Below are positions 22,090 to 32,187 of a stretch of 64,000 bases of DNA, piece by piece. The DNA lies in NCBI GenBank assembly GCA_000002445.1, contig CM000208.1:704001-768000 (forward strand). Reading direction: 5' to 3'. Source of the stretch: Trypanosoma brucei (lineage: Eukaryota). Within the stretch, counting starts at the first letter, position 1, and each line of letters opens with the position of its first letter. A program made the position numbers and the translations under genes. The notes below the pieces were generated by a model that made no database searches, was not told the DNA's origin, and saw only the letters and a program-made list of their open reading frames with translations.

Positions 22090-23226
22090 ATGGAGCGCGT
22101 TACCCTCAGTGCACCATTCAATGGAAGACGATTGCTTTCCAATGAATCCCTTGTTGAAAGTCAAGAGGCGAGGAAAGGTGGATTATCCTCAAATAAATTT
22201 CCAGGACGTGGGCGGAGTGTTGAACCCCCGTTACAATCGCAAGACAAGGACCCAACCATCAAGAAACCCACAGCGCTGGTGATGGCACCGTTGGGGAATA
22301 CCGGGTTGGCACTACCTCGTCTGCCTACAGTGCCCGTGCCGAACGTCAGGCGCCGAATTTTTAAGCGCCCGAGCCTACACATCCCAGTTGGGACGTTGGA
22401 ACCTGTTATAAACTTGCGTCAACTGAAGAAAGTGGGGGAACAGGTCGGCCGTCGGCATGGTGAACACACTCTAAGTCGTAACACTGAAGTTGGGACCGAG
22501 TGGAAGACCGGCTCTGGTGTTGGAGAACTCGCAAATGCGAAGAAGTCTCTACGACCCCGGACAGCGTTGGAGTCACCCACGGCAGCGCGCCGGCGGGCAC
22601 AATCAGAGACAATTGCAGATCCCTTCACCATCCGTCGCGAGGGGTGCGTCTCATTGGGATTGAGTCAGGGCTTGAAAAGCGGCTCGGTACTCGCTCATAC
22701 ATTATCATCGATGCGGCCGAGGTCGACAGTTGTTGATGGCCTTGTTTGCTCCTCTTTACGACAACAAGAACAACCGGAAGGTGTTTTCGCAAGCGAATGC
22801 GGAGGGATCATGGGATACGGTGCAACAGCAACAACAAACGCTCTGTTTTCTTCTTCAAATTCGCCTAATAAGATTACTGACGAAACTTCTGGTATGTGTA
22901 TGAGCGACAGCTTTAGCGGGGGATCGAGCAGCGGTGATGGCAGTGACATTGAGGATCTTGATGACGAAGGGAATAGTCGCCCACATTCCTGTTTCGGGGA
23001 TAGAATTGTGATTAGTGTCTCTTCTGGTAATAACAGAGGAGGGCGGTACTTCACCCATGAAAGTAAGATAAGAGATATTTCCCGCCGGGTGGCGTACAAC
23101 AATTTTCTTGACGAAGAAGATATTCCTGTGGTCTCTACACGTAGCCTTGTTCGTAGGCCAAACGGAACCCGCGTAACAATGAAAGAGGGCATCAAGGAGG
23201 ATGGCATTCCTTCTACGACCCAGTAA
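22090..23226 (+). CDS. Hypothetical protein (378 aa), Ser/Arg-rich, low complexity
   Basis: Track ORF 22063 begins at GTG; the first ATG is 22090 (MERVTLSAPF…). No recognisable domains. Confidence 0.45.
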   Translation: MERVTLSAPFNGRRLLSNESLVESQEARKGGLSSNKFPGRGRSVEPPLQSQDKDPTIKKPTALVMAPLGNTGLALPRLPTVPVPNVRRRIFKRPSLHIPVGTLEPVINLRQLKKVGEQVGRRHGEHTLSRNTEVGTEWKTGSGVGELANAKKSLRPRTALESPTAARRRAQSETIADPFTIRREGCVSLGLSQGLKSGSVLAHTLSSMRPRSTVVDGLVCSSLRQQEQPEGVFASECGGIMGYGATATTNALFSSSNSPNKITDETSGMCMSDSFSGGSSSGDGSDIEDLDDEGNSRPHSCFGDRIVISVSSGNNRGGRYFTHESKIRDISRRVAYNNFLDEEDIPVVSTRSLVRRPNGTRVTMKEGIKEDGIPSTTQ

Positions 23227-24393
23227 AAGCACGTTGTGCAATAAGCGTGTGTGTGTGTGATGAAAAAGAAAGTGAGCTGGGAGGAATGATAAGTAGCCTT
23301 TATTTATATATATATATATATGAAGGTGCAATGCTCTTACCAACAAATCGACGCTCAATTTTTTTTTCGTATCGATTCTGCGGTTGTGTTACTAGTTCTG
23401 TTAGTGTTTCTTCATAGTTTATATCGTCAGCATTCCTTTTATTTCATTATTCGTGCGTATGCGATCGTTCGTTGTACCTTCATTCTTTTATAAGTCTTTG
23501 TCTTCCCCTTTCTTCGATGTGAGGCATGAAGTAAAGAAGGGGAAGAATTTTCTACCATCGTTTAATATTTGATATCCCTTTTCTTTTGATTAATTTTTTC
23601 TCCTTTGGGCTGTTGTTTGTGACTTCCCCCCCCCCTCCCTTCAGATGGTAGGAGATAAATTTATTAACACCTCCCCCTCTTTACCACAACTGGTTGCCGG
23701 AAAAGTGAACGCTCGCTGACTTTATATATCCAATCCTCTGAATATAGATGCTTCTCGTTTTTGTGGATGGCAGAAACGAGTTTAGTAGAGATGTAGCATC
23801 AGCATAATATGGATAGTTGCTCATTTTGTGGATGTGTTCTCTTTAGCATGCATATCTGCTGCTTTTTACTCTTCCTCTATCGCCTTCCCATTTATCAACA
23901 GACTCTCATTCCCTTCCCTATTTGTTGTCAGTAATTTATTTATATATACCGTTGATATAATAATAATTATAATAATACTGAGTACCTTACGGCTCCAACA
24001 ACCTTATATTATCTGAGAATTGACACCGACGGCGCATATGCGGCTGTCGTAAAACCCTCCCTTCACTCTACTTTTGATTTTTTTTCCCCCTCCGATGAAC
24101 GTTGTTCCGTCATGTATGTGATTCCACTTTATTGCCATAACCTTGTGTGTTTTTGCACGTCGAGTGCTTTGTTGGTTTGTATGAAAAGCGCTTGAAAATC
24201 TTCGACTAATTTTCACCTCTTTTTTGTGATTCCACCCTCTTTATCGTGATGCACACACAGGGAAAGGAATAATTAAACGACAAGAAGGAGGAAGATATTA
24301 AGAGGACATAAACCTAAGGGAGAACGTCACATATAATATTCTGTACAGTCGCCTCACCCGACATAGGGAGTGAGAAGGGACACGGCCACGCCC

Positions 24394-26736
24394 ATGTCCA
24401 CTCCGAAGTGCACGAAGCAGTCGATAAATCGCAAACGCGGCCAGGGCACTTCCGGTTTAAAAGCATCGGCCCTCGTAGCGACTGCAGATCAGGGTGACCC
24501 TCCCCCTTTTTCTCCATCACTGGAGCTTACCTTCCGTGGGCATCGAAGCACTGTTCTTGCCGCAAGCTTCAGACCGACAGCTGTGTCGTACTCATACTCC
24601 AGTCTGGATGGACGGGGGTCACCGGAAAATGTGTGGTCCTCCCCATGTATCCTTTCAGGGGGTGCTGATGGTTATGTTTTTATGTGGAGCGCGCGGCCAA
24701 CTGTTAGGGCACTACGCTTCGTTGGACCCCATAGTCCGGTGCGTGACTGTGCTTGGAGCTCGCACGGTCAGCTTCTTGCAAGCGCTGGACACGACGGTTT
24801 CGTGCGCCTTTGGCTCCCGATGTTGCGCCGCACAAGTGGGTTGACGGGCTCCTCATCGTCAGGGGGGGGTTGTGTCGGTAGTGGTGGAGAGAACTGCTAC
24901 TTGTGGCGTGCACATGAAGGCCCCGTCCGGGCATTAGCCGCAGCACCCTACGATGATTACCTTTACACAGCTGGAGATGACAAGTCGGTGAAATGCTGGG
25001 ATTTAAATTATTCGCCCACTCGGTCTTCCTCATCGGGGAAAAGTGGTGGTCACAAGTTTGTTTGTGGGTTTGTAGGTGGGCATCAGAACTGGGTGCGTAC
25101 CGTCGCCGTTTCCAATGGCATGAGTGCGCTACCTTCCCATGGTCCACTGGTGGCAAGTGGAGGTGACGATCGCACAGTGCAGGTTTGGGACCCGCGTTCA
25201 CGCAGGCCAACACATACTTTTTACGAGCACACGGATAGTGTACGATCTGTTGACTTTCATCCTGACGGCTGTTCGATTGCAACGGGATCATCAGACCATA
25301 CCATAAACGTGTATGACCTTCGGCTAAATAGGTTACTTCAGCACTACGGTGCGCATGACGGTGCCGTTAATGAAGTGCGTTTTGCCCCCACAGGTAGCTG
25401 GTTGCTCTCTGCTTCAGCAGACGGAACAGCAAAGTTATGGGACCTGAAGGAGGGATATCTGTATTGCACGCTCAGCGCTCATGAGGGTGGCGTCTACACT
25501 TCACGATTCTCCGATGACAGTCGCCATTTGGTGACAGCTGGTCAAGACGGACTGGTGATGATGTGGCGAACGGGTTTGTTGAGAACACAGCCGGTGTACG
25601 CAACACATTTCTACGCAGGAAAGTGCCCACCGGTGGGAGCGGCCACTGAACCGCTGCCGCTACCCGCCGCCACATCGATTAACACTGAACCGCGCCCTGA
25701 AGATGGGTTTGATCATACCCATTTAGCGGATTCAACGGTTGTAAACCGAGAGGGCAGAAGGTGCGGTTCTCGGGACGCCAAGGAGTTGGGGACATGTTTG
25801 GCTCGTAGCCGCCGTAACTCGACCGATGTCGTTAGTGGTCACCGTACCAGCGAGGGTAAGAGGCCTAATGTCGGCGTAGCAAAGTCGAAATTGGGTAACC
25901 GAGCAACATTTTCGGTTGCGTCTTCTCAAAATTCTGCTGTTTCGTCGCAGAGGCCACCGCTTGCCCAACCTTCATTACAAGCGGGCGGAAGTGCCGCCGC
26001 CGCTGCCATGGCCGTATCAGCGGAGATAGACGATTGTCCATTTGCTGCTTGCCTTAGGAACGACGTTTGCAACGGTGTTGGAAGCGGTAACTCGATTGCA
26101 CAGAGCTTCAGCCGCTCTGAGCGCAGGGAGCGCACTCCCGTCAAACCAAAAACTGAGACTCATAACGGCAGCGAAGAGTTTTCTGTTCCAAACGAGGCGT
26201 TCCATACTGTGAGCATGAAAGTTTCGGTCAGTGATGGAGGACATCAACAAGGTGAAGAAAATCAGCGGCGGTTGCAGCCTCAAGAGCGACACCATCCGTT
26301 GCCAACCAATGCACAAGTGACTTCCGCGGTTGGTGTGGAAGGGAGTCTACGTGGGAACACCTCCGGAGTTGGTGAAGAAGATGAAGAGATGTGTGTTGTG
26401 GAGTATATCGACGATGCGAGTGGTGAAGCACGTTACAATGGCTGGATGAACTGCGCAGAATCTGCGTCACACCATGTGGATCATTCCATGCTCAGTCGTA
26501 AGGGAGATGAACACAATATGAATGCTCGTTTGGAACGCCTTGAGAAGGCTTATGCCCGACTCGCTGAGGAGGTTCAAGTGTCGCAAAGGCACACTGTGGA
26601 GGTCGTTCAAAAACAACAGGAGAACTGGGAGCTGCAGAGGCAGCAACAGCGTGCCGAAATGGAGCAACTACGTGTGATGATGGCGGGACTCGTGGCCCAG
26701 CAAGACGCCTTGTTGGAGGCACTTCGGAAGGCTTGA
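24394..26736 (+). CDS. POC1: WD40-repeat protein with C-terminal coiled coil, POC1 (centriolar/basal-body protein) -like
   Basis: Seven to eight WD repeats (GHRSTV…, GHQNWVRTVAVS, EHTDSVRSVDFHPDGCSIATGSSDHTINVYDLRLNRLLQHY, AHDGAVNEVRFAPTG…LWDLKEGYLYCTL, AHEGGVYTSRF…MMW). The last repeats closely follow POC1 signature stretches (…VWDVRTxRLLQHY…, DLxEGRLLYTL). They are followed by low complexity and a terminal coiled coil (LERLEKAYARLAEEV…). The first ATG is 24394; the track start 24370 is GTG. Confidence 0.65.
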   Translation: MSTPKCTKQSINRKRGQGTSGLKASALVATADQGDPPPFSPSLELTFRGHRSTVLAASFRPTAVSYSYSSLDGRGSPENVWSSPCILSGGADGYVFMWSARPTVRALRFVGPHSPVRDCAWSSHGQLLASAGHDGFVRLWLPMLRRTSGLTGSSSSGGGCVGSGGENCYLWRAHEGPVRALAAAPYDDYLYTAGDDKSVKCWDLNYSPTRSSSSGKSGGHKFVCGFVGGHQNWVRTVAVSNGMSALPSHGPLVASGGDDRTVQVWDPRSRRPTHTFYEHTDSVRSVDFHPDGCSIATGSSDHTINVYDLRLNRLLQHYGAHDGAVNEVRFAPTGSWLLSASADGTAKLWDLKEGYLYCTLSAHEGGVYTSRFSDDSRHLVTAGQDGLVMMWRTGLLRTQPVYATHFYAGKCPPVGAATEPLPLPAATSINTEPRPEDGFDHTHLADSTVVNREGRRCGSRDAKELGTCLARSRRNSTDVVSGHRTSEGKRPNVGVAKSKLGNRATFSVASSQNSAVSSQRPPLAQPSLQAGGSAAAAAMAVSAEIDDCPFAACLRNDVCNGVGSGNSIAQSFSRSERRERTPVKPKTETHNGSEEFSVPNEAFHTVSMKVSVSDGGHQQGEENQRRLQPQERHHPLPTNAQVTSAVGVEGSLRGNTSGVGEEDEEMCVVEYIDDASGEARYNGWMNCAESASHHVDHSMLSRKGDEHNMNARLERLEKAYARLAEEVQVSQRHTVEVVQKQQENWELQRQQQRAEMEQLRVMMAGLVAQQDALLEALRKA

Positions 26737-27880
26737 TAGATCTTATAAAACCAGCTGATAACCACAAGGGGAAACTATTGATCGTCACAGCATACATCAC
26801 ACGTTTTCCGACACTGATATTTGTTTCCCCTTTTGTTTCCATTGTTTTTCCTTTGTTATTACTACCGGTCATCTTCCGAATGCTGAGGTATTTTGTGTTG
26901 ACGTGGGTATTATGTAATCCATGTTCCTGCTCCTCTTCATAACGCTCACTTTTATTGTTATTCTACCACACATCACAGTTGTCCGTGAGTATTTATGTTT
27001 CTTGTGTCTTGTCTCAACTGGGAGACCGCTAAATGTATTTCACTATTTTTTAATTTTTTTTCTACGTAGCCATACGAAATCTCTCTACCTCCGACCGCCG
27101 GGGGAAGTTATCGCGCAGTAACTACCGTGAATATGAGGAACATTTGCTAGCCACCGGTGTGACCCGAGTTTACTTTTCTTTCCCCTCTTCCCCGGTGCGG
27201 TGGTGAGATCCCTCCAACGGCGGATCTTTCCGGATGCTCGAAGTGCTCATCTGCCTTCCCATTGTTGAGTTGGAGGAGTATTGTTGATTGTTGAATGAGT
27301 GCGAGAAAAAAGTCTTTGCTGAACTTCTCTTTTAGTGGCGAGGCTCTGTTGTTGGATCGGTTGATTTCTGTATTTTATGTTGTGCGCGGCAGTAGAAGTA
27401 CTTACTTTGTTATCGTTCATGGTGACACTCTCATCGGTATGTTGTTATATCTTCGCGTATCTCGTGACCATTAACGTGAGTTTCACATCAAGGTGGATGT
27501 GCTGCAATCAAATGAAAGGGACTGGGGGGCATGTGGTACAAACCGCGATAATTATCAGTATATTTTTACCACTCGGGTTATGACATTACTGTCGTTACTG
27601 TATATCGTCCTATGTTTACATTTGCTCATTTCTGTCTTAGAGTTCCCCCTACGTTTTTTTGTTTCAACTGTGTGTCTTGTACCGCCACTATCCGTCCGGA
27701 GCTGACCCTCACCTGCGCTGCGCAAAGTTTGAGAGAATAAGTAAAGGAAAGTTGACTGAAAGAGCATACTTATAGTAGCGGAAGCACTGCGAAATAGGGA
27801 CCGTAAAAGAATATCGTGAAAGCAGGGAGGCTTTTGTGGTTTTCCAGGAGGGAGAGGAGGGAAACAACGCAGGAACTTTG

Positions 27881-30370
27881 ATGGATTGGGCCCTCTTTAG
27901 CCGTGCTGTGGAGGATAGCGATGAGCCAACGCCTGCCTATATTTATCGTGAAGTGGCAAGGTGGACTATGCATGACTTGAGGTTGCAGAGGAAGCTTATT
28001 GACGCCCTCTTTACGGAGTTGAACACAACATCAAGCCCACGAGTGATGTGTAAAGTGTTGCGCATAATTAAAGCTGTTTGCGAAATGGGACATGACGGCT
28101 TCCAGCAAGAAGTTCAGAAGGGCAGTCGAGTGGCGGTAGTAAAAAGATTTGTTAGTCATGGCGCCGTTCCAGGAAATGCGCAGCATTCTCAATTGTGCGA
28201 AAAAGTTCGTCAGACGGCACGGGAGGCAATGGAGGCGATCTTTGGAGACCACCAAGAAATACGGAAGGCTGCGATGACATCGTATGGAAGTGGTAGTAGC
28301 GTAGATGTCAAACATTGTCGAAGTGGGATTGCGTCGGCTGGTGGGGGTGTGAAGCAACCAACAGAATCAACTACGGGCACTACTGGTGTTCTAATTTCAA
28401 CCGTAGCGGAAAAGGTTGTGTCGAGTCTTGGTATTCTGACGAAACGAGAAGAGGTTTTGCGTCGTGCGCACGCGAAGGAGCAACTCTACAGTGATATTAT
28501 TAGGGCCACTTCGAGCAACTCTGGAGAAGGACTCCTGTCTGAAGCGGACATGAGGGTTCTTCATTGTCATGACTCGGGGGTGGCTTTCGAACCGCCGCCA
28601 TCTTCAAATTGCGAAAGCAATCACAGCACTGACAGCGCATGGGGATTCATAAGCGGCAATCAAAAAGTTGGGGACGGCTCCGTCGCGTGTGTGAAGGGTG
28701 CTGGTGTCAGTGGTCACTCACCGCAGCCACCTAACCCCTTCCAGATCTGCGTCCAACGCTTGTGCCAGGTGAAGAACACGCCACAGCGGGTGGAGTTGTA
28801 CGGCTTCGTTACACAGTGCCTTGAAATAGGAGAGAAAATGATGCAGCAGCAGGGAAATTTTGTGGGTGGAGTTAGCGAAAAAGGTACCGAAGTAAGCTGC
28901 TGGAGCCTATTGGCTGAAGCGGTGGACGAGCAGATGACTCCTGTTCGTCCTTGGCAACGGCGCCTGAACGCCCTGACTGCGCTTGAGGCACTCTTGCTAG
29001 CACGTGGTGACGACCCCATGACATCACCGATGCGTCGTGATGTAGCAGATTACTTTTGTAAAAATCCCCAAGGTGTAGAGCGGAATGTTTCGGTTGTGCA
29101 AGCGACGTTACGAGAGCAGGCGCGCCGTCTTGTGGAACTTCTTTGTCTTCCAGCAGTGATCTCAAACTCTTCGGTGACCGGCGACTTAGTTACGATCTCT
29201 ACTGCTGGCATCCCAGTGGTACCGAAGGAAGGTCAACTTGTGAAAGGTGTGTTCGACAACTTTAAAGGATCATCATCACCCGAGAGTTTAGTAGGCGGAA
29301 TGGAACATGTAGTTAGCACTGAAAATGTAACAACTTCACGTGGGCTGGATGTGACCGGCATGACATTGAGGGGTGCTCGTCACCGTTCCAGTAACCGTAC
29401 AACACTCAGAAGGCGAGCACCGGTGCTTGAGGCACGGAGAGGTGACATTGATGGTAAAGGTGTTTTCAGCGGTGACAGAGGACCATCTGAAATAAGTAGA
29501 AGTGCTGGTTGTGGTGGTGCTTCAACAGACGCCTTTCCTGCCGGAACAGACGCGGATCTGTGCCCGTTCCACTATGTTGATGAGAAGTTACGCGATGGGG
29601 GAGCAACACGTGACAAGTTTTTCACGGAGCAGGGCGCTTCCCCACCTATTGGCAACAGTGTGTTAGATGAGCTTTTTGGGGGAACAACAATGTGTTCCAC
29701 GGTTTGCCAAGCTCCTTCCGGATGTGCACTTCCCGCCGGTGGTACTAGTCTTTGGGGAGGTGGAACTGAAATAAATGGCTTTGACCCTTTTTCGGAAACC
29801 AGCGGTACTTCGGGCGACAGAACGACACTTCCGACTGCAACGTCGCAACAACAACTGAGGTCGTCACAGTCCTGGGCTTGCTTTGAACCGGCAAAGCAGA
29901 CTATTGATTCTGACGGGGACGGTCGTACGCCAAAAACAGCGAGCTTTGTTTCTCCTGAAGTTTTCACTGGAACGATCGCCCATGCAGTCGCAACATCAGG
30001 TTCATCTTATCAAATAGCTCAACCGCAGCAGCGGATGGAGTGGCTCACGGGCAACCCACAGGGAAGCCACAGCCCTGCAGGAGTTTCCCACTTTCAAGCG
30101 CCGCAAGCTCAGCAGCAGCATCTAATGCATCTAATCTCACAACCCCAACAATTGCAACCTGCGGACCGAATCAGCAGTGAGGCCGATGGCTTAACCCCCA
30201 CTGTCACTGTCGATCACTGCCCCAACACTACAACCGTGCACACACATTCACACTTTATGATGGGTGAGGTGCCCGACTCTGCCAATGCCGTGAGAGAAAC
30301 GCTCCTTAAGTTGCAGGCAGATATGAAAGCCAGTATATCTGCAGCGAAATTACAGTACCAAAGTGAATGA
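27881..30370 (+). CDS. Protein with N-terminal ENTH/VHS-like (tepsin-like) domain and long disordered C-terminal region
   Basis: N-terminus …PTPAYIYREVARWTMHDLRLQRKLIDALFTELNTTSSPRVMCKVLRIIKAVCEMGHDGFQQEVQKGSRVAVVKRFVSHGAVPGNAQHSQLCEKVRQTAREAMEAIFGD follows the tepsin ENTH pattern (PGYLFEEIAKIS…KVLKILLYLCSHGSSFF…GPPDPLHGNSLYQKVRAAAQDLGSTLF). The first ATG is 27881. Confidence 0.5.
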   Translation: MDWALFSRAVEDSDEPTPAYIYREVARWTMHDLRLQRKLIDALFTELNTTSSPRVMCKVLRIIKAVCEMGHDGFQQEVQKGSRVAVVKRFVSHGAVPGNAQHSQLCEKVRQTAREAMEAIFGDHQEIRKAAMTSYGSGSSVDVKHCRSGIASAGGGVKQPTESTTGTTGVLISTVAEKVVSSLGILTKREEVLRRAHAKEQLYSDIIRATSSNSGEGLLSEADMRVLHCHDSGVAFEPPPSSNCESNHSTDSAWGFISGNQKVGDGSVACVKGAGVSGHSPQPPNPFQICVQRLCQVKNTPQRVELYGFVTQCLEIGEKMMQQQGNFVGGVSEKGTEVSCWSLLAEAVDEQMTPVRPWQRRLNALTALEALLLARGDDPMTSPMRRDVADYFCKNPQGVERNVSVVQATLREQARRLVELLCLPAVISNSSVTGDLVTISTAGIPVVPKEGQLVKGVFDNFKGSSSPESLVGGMEHVVSTENVTTSRGLDVTGMTLRGARHRSSNRTTLRRRAPVLEARRGDIDGKGVFSGDRGPSEISRSAGCGGASTDAFPAGTDADLCPFHYVDEKLRDGGATRDKFFTEQGASPPIGNSVLDELFGGTTMCSTVCQAPSGCALPAGGTSLWGGGTEINGFDPFSETSGTSGDRTTLPTATSQQQLRSSQSWACFEPAKQTIDSDGDGRTPKTASFVSPEVFTGTIAHAVATSGSSYQIAQPQQRMEWLTGNPQGSHSPAGVSHFQAPQAQQQHLMHLISQPQQLQPADRISSEADGLTPTVTVDHCPNTTTVHTHSHFMMGEVPDSANAVRETLLKLQADMKASISAAKLQYQSE

Positions 30371-32034
30371 AATCACTTGATGAAATAAAGGATATCAACC
30401 ATATTGTGACGGCCCAGCAAGAGAAGTGAGTGAAGGGGTTGGGCCGATAATGGAGTTTCATATCGTAAGTACAAAAGGGCTTAAAAATCAGTTCATGCTG
30501 AAAGTATCGTGCGTTCATACCTACATTCAACCTGAAAAATGTTTTAAAACTACACGACCGTAAGTACAAGAGGTGCGTCACACTTTTCTCATGCGTAGTT
30601 TCATTCGTTTGTTTTCGTATTGTTTTCGATCAAATCGCCCTCGTTCATTCTTTATTTTTCTTAGTTTTTTTCTTTGATTGTACAAAAAGTCCTTACTTCC
30701 TGTCACCACCTACTTTTGTTTTTGTTTAATATTGTCTCTTGTTGGCAACCTAAATATCGATTGAAGGGTGGGATTATATCCTCTTACGCGAACGTTCGTC
30801 ACCACCTGCAACGGCAACCGCTATCACCACTTGCTCGGCATTTACATATTTTGGGGAAAGATAGAACAGCTCAACAAATGATGAATTATTTTATGGGGAA
30901 TGCGGAAGCGAGTTAAATTCGGACATGGCAGAGAATGAACAAAGGGTGGCTTCTTGTTTCTTTTTCTTCTGCTTGTTTGTTTGTTCGTTCGTGTAAGTTT
31001 ACGTCTTGGCATCTGTTTGAAGAGAGGAGAAAATGATCGAAGCAAATAACATCTCTCTGTCAACATGTCCCCCCTTATTTTATTTTTCCTTACAAAACTT
31101 TATCTGCCGTTGTTTGCCCATACGTGTTTATTTTTCGCTTTAGTCTCTTCTCCATTTATTACGTCTCAGTTACTGCGCTTTACGTGTTCATTAATGACTT
31201 TCATCACATACATTTGCTGTTGAATTGCACCGTTTGCAACGGGATGTACCGCCTCTACCATTTCTTTATACTTTAAATCCCTTTTTCTTATTATTTTTTT
31301 GTTTTTTCATTTACCTTATAATAACCATCGCCATCAAGGTGTAAATATACGTACGTCTACGCAACCGTTTTAAAGGGGAGGGGCGTCGTGTAGCGGTTAA
31401 CGGTCCCCAAGGCTAAACGGGCGTGCGTGTGTACCGTCTATTCGCCTTTTCTTATTTTTTTTAAGAACAAAAAAATACACGTCATTAGAAGCCTCATATT
31501 TTTACAGGTTACCAAGTGCTGACACTCAATTCAAGGTGTGTGGAAGGAAAGGATAAGTTAGGAGAAATAGGCGAATAAAAACTCACGAGGTCGTGAAAAA
31601 GTAAAGGCAAGAATTAAAAAAAAAAAGAACAGGGAAACGAGGCAAGCTCATTGGGAGTGGAGAGCGTGTTCGTGATTGCTCTTGTCCACAGCCGCGACGT
31701 CGCACTTTTTCAGTAAATCAACGGAACAATATTCTCCTTAAAAGGTACCCTTTCTTCCCACATTACTTGCAGAGGGAGAGAGACAGCCGTGAGTGAGAAT
31801 AAATAAAAGGGGACTAAAGAACTAACAACCCCAACTCCGGCGACCCGCGAGCTAAAAAAGGAATAGAATCAGTTGTTTTTTTTTTCGTTTGGAAATAACT
31901 CCAAGGGAGAATAGCTCCTAGGAAAGGACAAAATACAGTGAAAAGGAAAGAGGATAATTTAAGCAAAAAAAAAGGGAGAAAGTAGGGAATAAAAACAGGA
32001 GGCATAGGGTGGCTTCGCCTGGTTTTTGTTTGGC

Positions 32035-32056
32035 TCTGTGTGTGTGTGTGTGTGTT
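32035..32056. repeat. (GT)n microsatellite
   Basis: Direct reading: gtgtgtgtgtgtgtgtgtgtg, located about 130 nt upstream of the channel gene start. Confidence 0.9.
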
Positions 32057-32187
32057 AGTGCCCAGGAAAGCACACAATTAGATTAGACTACAGGGAGGGT
32101 GGGGGGACCCAAAGAAAGGGGAGTGTACAAAATCAAGAAGGGGACGCAATTTGAGACAAAAACAGTTGTATACAGGTACAGAACCCC

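Noticed and set aside
30870-30890. TGATGA (C-box-like) hexamers in intergenic spacers (also ~1216)
   Set aside because: No appropriately spaced CTGA D-box or terminal stem could be seen by eye. Insufficient evidence for a C/D snoRNA call without a dedicated search.
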